A stretch of 36,967 nucleotides of DNA. Source: a virus. Its lineage: Duplodnaviria; Caudoviricetes. Each line of letters begins with the position of its first letter. Positions within the stretch are counted from its first letter, which is position 1. Positions 34,387 to 36,967 of the stretch are shown in pieces. The notes beneath the pieces are model-generated. The model was not told where the DNA came from. It worked only from the letters and a program-made list of their open reading frames with translations, and did not search any database. A program made the position numbers and the translations under genes. The DNA is taken from positions 1 through 36,967 of the IMG/VR virus record IMGVR_UViG_3300009001_000027, one strand, 5' to 3'.

Positions 34387-36492
34387 ATGGCAGATGACAA
34401 TAAATTAAAGAGTATTCTGGAATCAGAGATTGATGATGCTATCGGTTATCTAGAGACAGAAACGACTGACGAAAGACAGCAAGCACTAGAATACTACATG
34501 AGAGAACCTTACGGCAATGAAGTCGAAGGTAAGTCTCAGATCGTTACAGGTGAAGTAGCTGAAGTAGTCGATGGTGCATTACCACAGCTAATGCGTGTCT
34601 TTACATCATCTGACGATGCAGTTGTATTTGAGCCAGTGAATCAAGGTGATGAAGAAACTGCTGAACAAGCCACTACATATGTAAACCATATCTTTTATAA
34701 AGACAATAACGGTTTCGAGATCATGCACGACTGGATGAAGGATGCACTTCTTCAAAAGGTTGGTGTTGTAAAAGCATACTGGGATGATAAGACAGATGTA
34801 ACGACTGAAAAGTATTATGGCTTAAACGATGATGAGTTAGCTATGATTGCTCAAGACGAAGAAGTAGAGATCGTAGAGCAAGATTCTACAATCATTCAAG
34901 AAGCTATGTTTGATCCAATGACTGGTATGGAAGTATCACCTGCTCTATCAATGCACGATGTTAAGGTAAAGCGTTCTGTAGACAAAGGTAAAGTTGTTGT
35001 AGAGAATGTGCCACCAGAAGAGTTTTTAATCTCTAAGCGTGCTAGAACAATTGCTGATGCACCGTTTGTAGCTCACCGTAAGATGGTGACTCGTGGTGAA
35101 CTGATTGCTATGGGTTACGATGAAGACACAGTGATGTCTTTATCTACTGGTGATGCACTAGAGTTTAGCCCAGAAAGAATTGCTCGATATACCAGAGGTG
35201 AACAACCTACTGACATGGACTCAGATGATGAGATGATGCAGTTAGTAGAATACTTCGAGTGCTATATTCAGACAGATTACGATGATGACGGTATCCCAGA
35301 AATGAGAAGAGTTTGTTATGCAAGTAACGAAATCCTACATAACGAAGAATGTGATTATGTGCCATTCCATTCTATCTGCCCAATTCCAATTCCTCATAAG
35401 TTTTATGGTCACTCATTGGCTGACAGAGCGATGGACTTACAGTTAATTAAGTCAACCATCACTAGACAGATGCTAGACAACCTCTACCTCACTAACAACT
35501 ATCGAGTAGGTGCAGTTGAAGGTCAAGTCAACTTAGATGACTTATTAACATCTACAGCAGGCGGTGTTGTTCGTATGAAGAACCCAAATGCAATTATGCC
35601 ATTGACTGTACAAAGCAATGCTGGTCAATCATTTCCAATGCTTCAGTATTTAGATGAGATCCAAGCTAAGAGATCAGGTGTATCTGATGCTCAGCAAGGT
35701 TTAAATCCAGACACATTACAAAATGTCACTGCTGCTGCGGTTAATGCAATGACTTCTGCATCACAAGGTAAGTTAGAGTTAATAGCTCGTATCTTTGCAG
35801 ACACAGGTGTATCAAGTCTATTTAAAGGTATATTACAGTTAGTCTGTAAGTACCAACAAAAAGAACGCATCATTCGTGTAAACAATAAGTATGTGCCATT
35901 TGATCCAAGAGAATGGTCTTCTGAATACAACATTACAGTCAATGTAGGTTTAGGTACTGGATCTAAACAAGAGCAGTTAGCGACTATGCAAATGATCTTA
36001 GATAAGCAAGAGCAGTTACTCACGACTTACGGTCTTGGTAATCCTCTAGTCAACCTAAAACAATACAGAGATACACTAGCTAAGTTTGTACAAATGGCTG
36101 GATTCAAAGATGATAGTCAGTTCTTAATGGAAGTTACAGAAGAACAGGCGCAACAGTTAGCTCAGATGCAAGCACAACAAGGAGCTAGTGATCCACAAAC
36201 TAAAGCTGCTGAAATGTTAGCTCAAGTTGAAAGAGAAAAAGCACAATTAAAAGCACAATCCGACCAAGCAAAAATGCAGTTAGATCGTGAACAAATGCAG
36301 TTAGAAGCACAACAAAAAGCATTAGAGCTACAACAAAAAGAAGTGCAACAAACTGCTGACCTTGCATTAAAAGAGTTGAAGATTCGCCTAGATGCTGAAA
36401 GTAAAGATGGTAAGTTAAAAACAGATCAAACGAAGATGATTATGGATGCGTTAGAAAAAATTAACAACATTGCCAATAAAGGAATGCAATAA
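34387..36492 (+). CDS. Portal protein (P22-like, long C-terminal barrel)
   Basis: 701 aa after terL; 'DALLQKVGVVK', 'EIQAKRSGVS', Q-rich C-terminal coiled coil. Confidence 0.9.
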   Translation: MADDNKLKSILESEIDDAIGYLETETTDERQQALEYYMREPYGNEVEGKSQIVTGEVAEVVDGALPQLMRVFTSSDDAVVFEPVNQGDEETAEQATTYVNHIFYKDNNGFEIMHDWMKDALLQKVGVVKAYWDDKTDVTTEKYYGLNDDELAMIAQDEEVEIVEQDSTIIQEAMFDPMTGMEVSPALSMHDVKVKRSVDKGKVVVENVPPEEFLISKRARTIADAPFVAHRKMVTRGELIAMGYDEDTVMSLSTGDALEFSPERIARYTRGEQPTDMDSDDEMMQLVEYFECYIQTDYDDDGIPEMRRVCYASNEILHNEECDYVPFHSICPIPIPHKFYGHSLADRAMDLQLIKSTITRQMLDNLYLTNNYRVGAVEGQVNLDDLLTSTAGGVVRMKNPNAIMPLTVQSNAGQSFPMLQYLDEIQAKRSGVSDAQQGLNPDTLQNVTAAAVNAMTSASQGKLELIARIFADTGVSSLFKGILQLVCKYQQKERIIRVNNKYVPFDPREWSSEYNITVNVGLGTGSKQEQLATMQMILDKQEQLLTTYGLGNPLVNLKQYRDTLAKFVQMAGFKDDSQFLMEVTEEQAQQLAQMQAQQGASDPQTKAAEMLAQVEREKAQLKAQSDQAKMQLDREQMQLEAQQKALELQQKEVQQTADLALKELKIRLDAESKDGKLKTDQTKMIMDALEKINNIANKGMQ

Positions 36493-36967
36493 TGTTACTT
36501 AACTTTGCAGCACCTAGAACTCCAGTACAGGTTGTACAAGCACCTGCTCAACCAGCTACAAATATTGATGCTTTATTAAATTTATCAAAAAGTAAATACT
36601 CTGGTTTAAAAAAGGTAGGTGATACTGGATACTACTACGGTAATAATCGTATGTATGAACCAACATCATATTCTGGTGGTAAAGGTGCTCCAGCAAACAT
36701 GGAAACATTTGGAGGACAAAACTTTGTTCCTATTGATGTAGACATTACTGGATTTAATAAGTCTAAAGGTGAAGATGATATTTATACCTATGACCCATCT
36801 ATGGCTTATTTAAATGCTAATAAACCTAGATATACACCTCCTCCACCTAGAGACATTATGTCATTTTTGCAATTACCATCTATACAGTCATCTAATATGA
36901 ACTTACAGCCAGCAGAAACAAGTTATGGTGCAGGTCGTTTTTTAAACAATGGACTAATGTCATTAGA
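36492..36967 (+). CDS. Hypothetical protein (3'-truncated by window edge)
   Basis: TAATG-coupled to portal; open to the end (MLLNFAAPRTPVQVVQ...YGAGRFLNNGLMSL). Confidence 0.65.
   Translation, partial: MLLNFAAPRTPVQVVQAPAQPATNIDALLNLSKSKYSGLKKVGDTGYYYGNNRMYEPTSYSGGKGAPANMETFGGQNFVPIDVDITGFNKSKGEDDIYTYDPSMAYLNANKPRYTPPPPRDIMSFLQLPSIQSSNMNLQPAETSYGAGRFLNNGLMSL

Noticed and set aside
29543-35999. Minus-strand track ORFs 29543-29875, 31905-32189, 33474-33680, 34049-34234 and 35691-36023
   Set aside because: Antisense to supported plus-strand genes.
1-36967. tRNA, rRNA, integrase/att site or IS element
   Set aside because: No cloverleaf, recombinase or transposase motif seen by eye; a tRNAscan and HMM run would be needed to exclude them formally.

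Overview
Nearly complete, circularly permuted genome of an AT-rich, P22-like podovirus. The window starts inside the scaffold gene and ends inside the gene after the portal. Order: capsid, head-tail connector, several tail fibres, ejection proteins, lysis genes, a leftward early/recombination arm, a divergent promoter pair with a cro-like gene, replication (initiator, DnaB), a nin-like region, a Q-like gene, early cassettes, a late promoter, terminase and portal. I found no integrase or CI repressor. The most notable items, some absent from the ORF track, are: (1) a self-contained pqqA cassette (23-aa PQQ precursor with its own promoter, RBS and terminator, 22636-22707) inserted antisense in the recombination arm, which points to a Methylophilaceae-type host; (2) a 470-aa RelA/SpoT-synthetase-domain protein sharing a 'GLL' terminal motif with the putative ejection proteins; (3) a GIY-YIG nuclease between terS and terL whose C-terminus resembles TerS; (4) three copies of a ~65-bp promoter+RBS element driving small early genes, including a YodL-like protein. 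All calls come from reading motifs by eye; no database searches were run.
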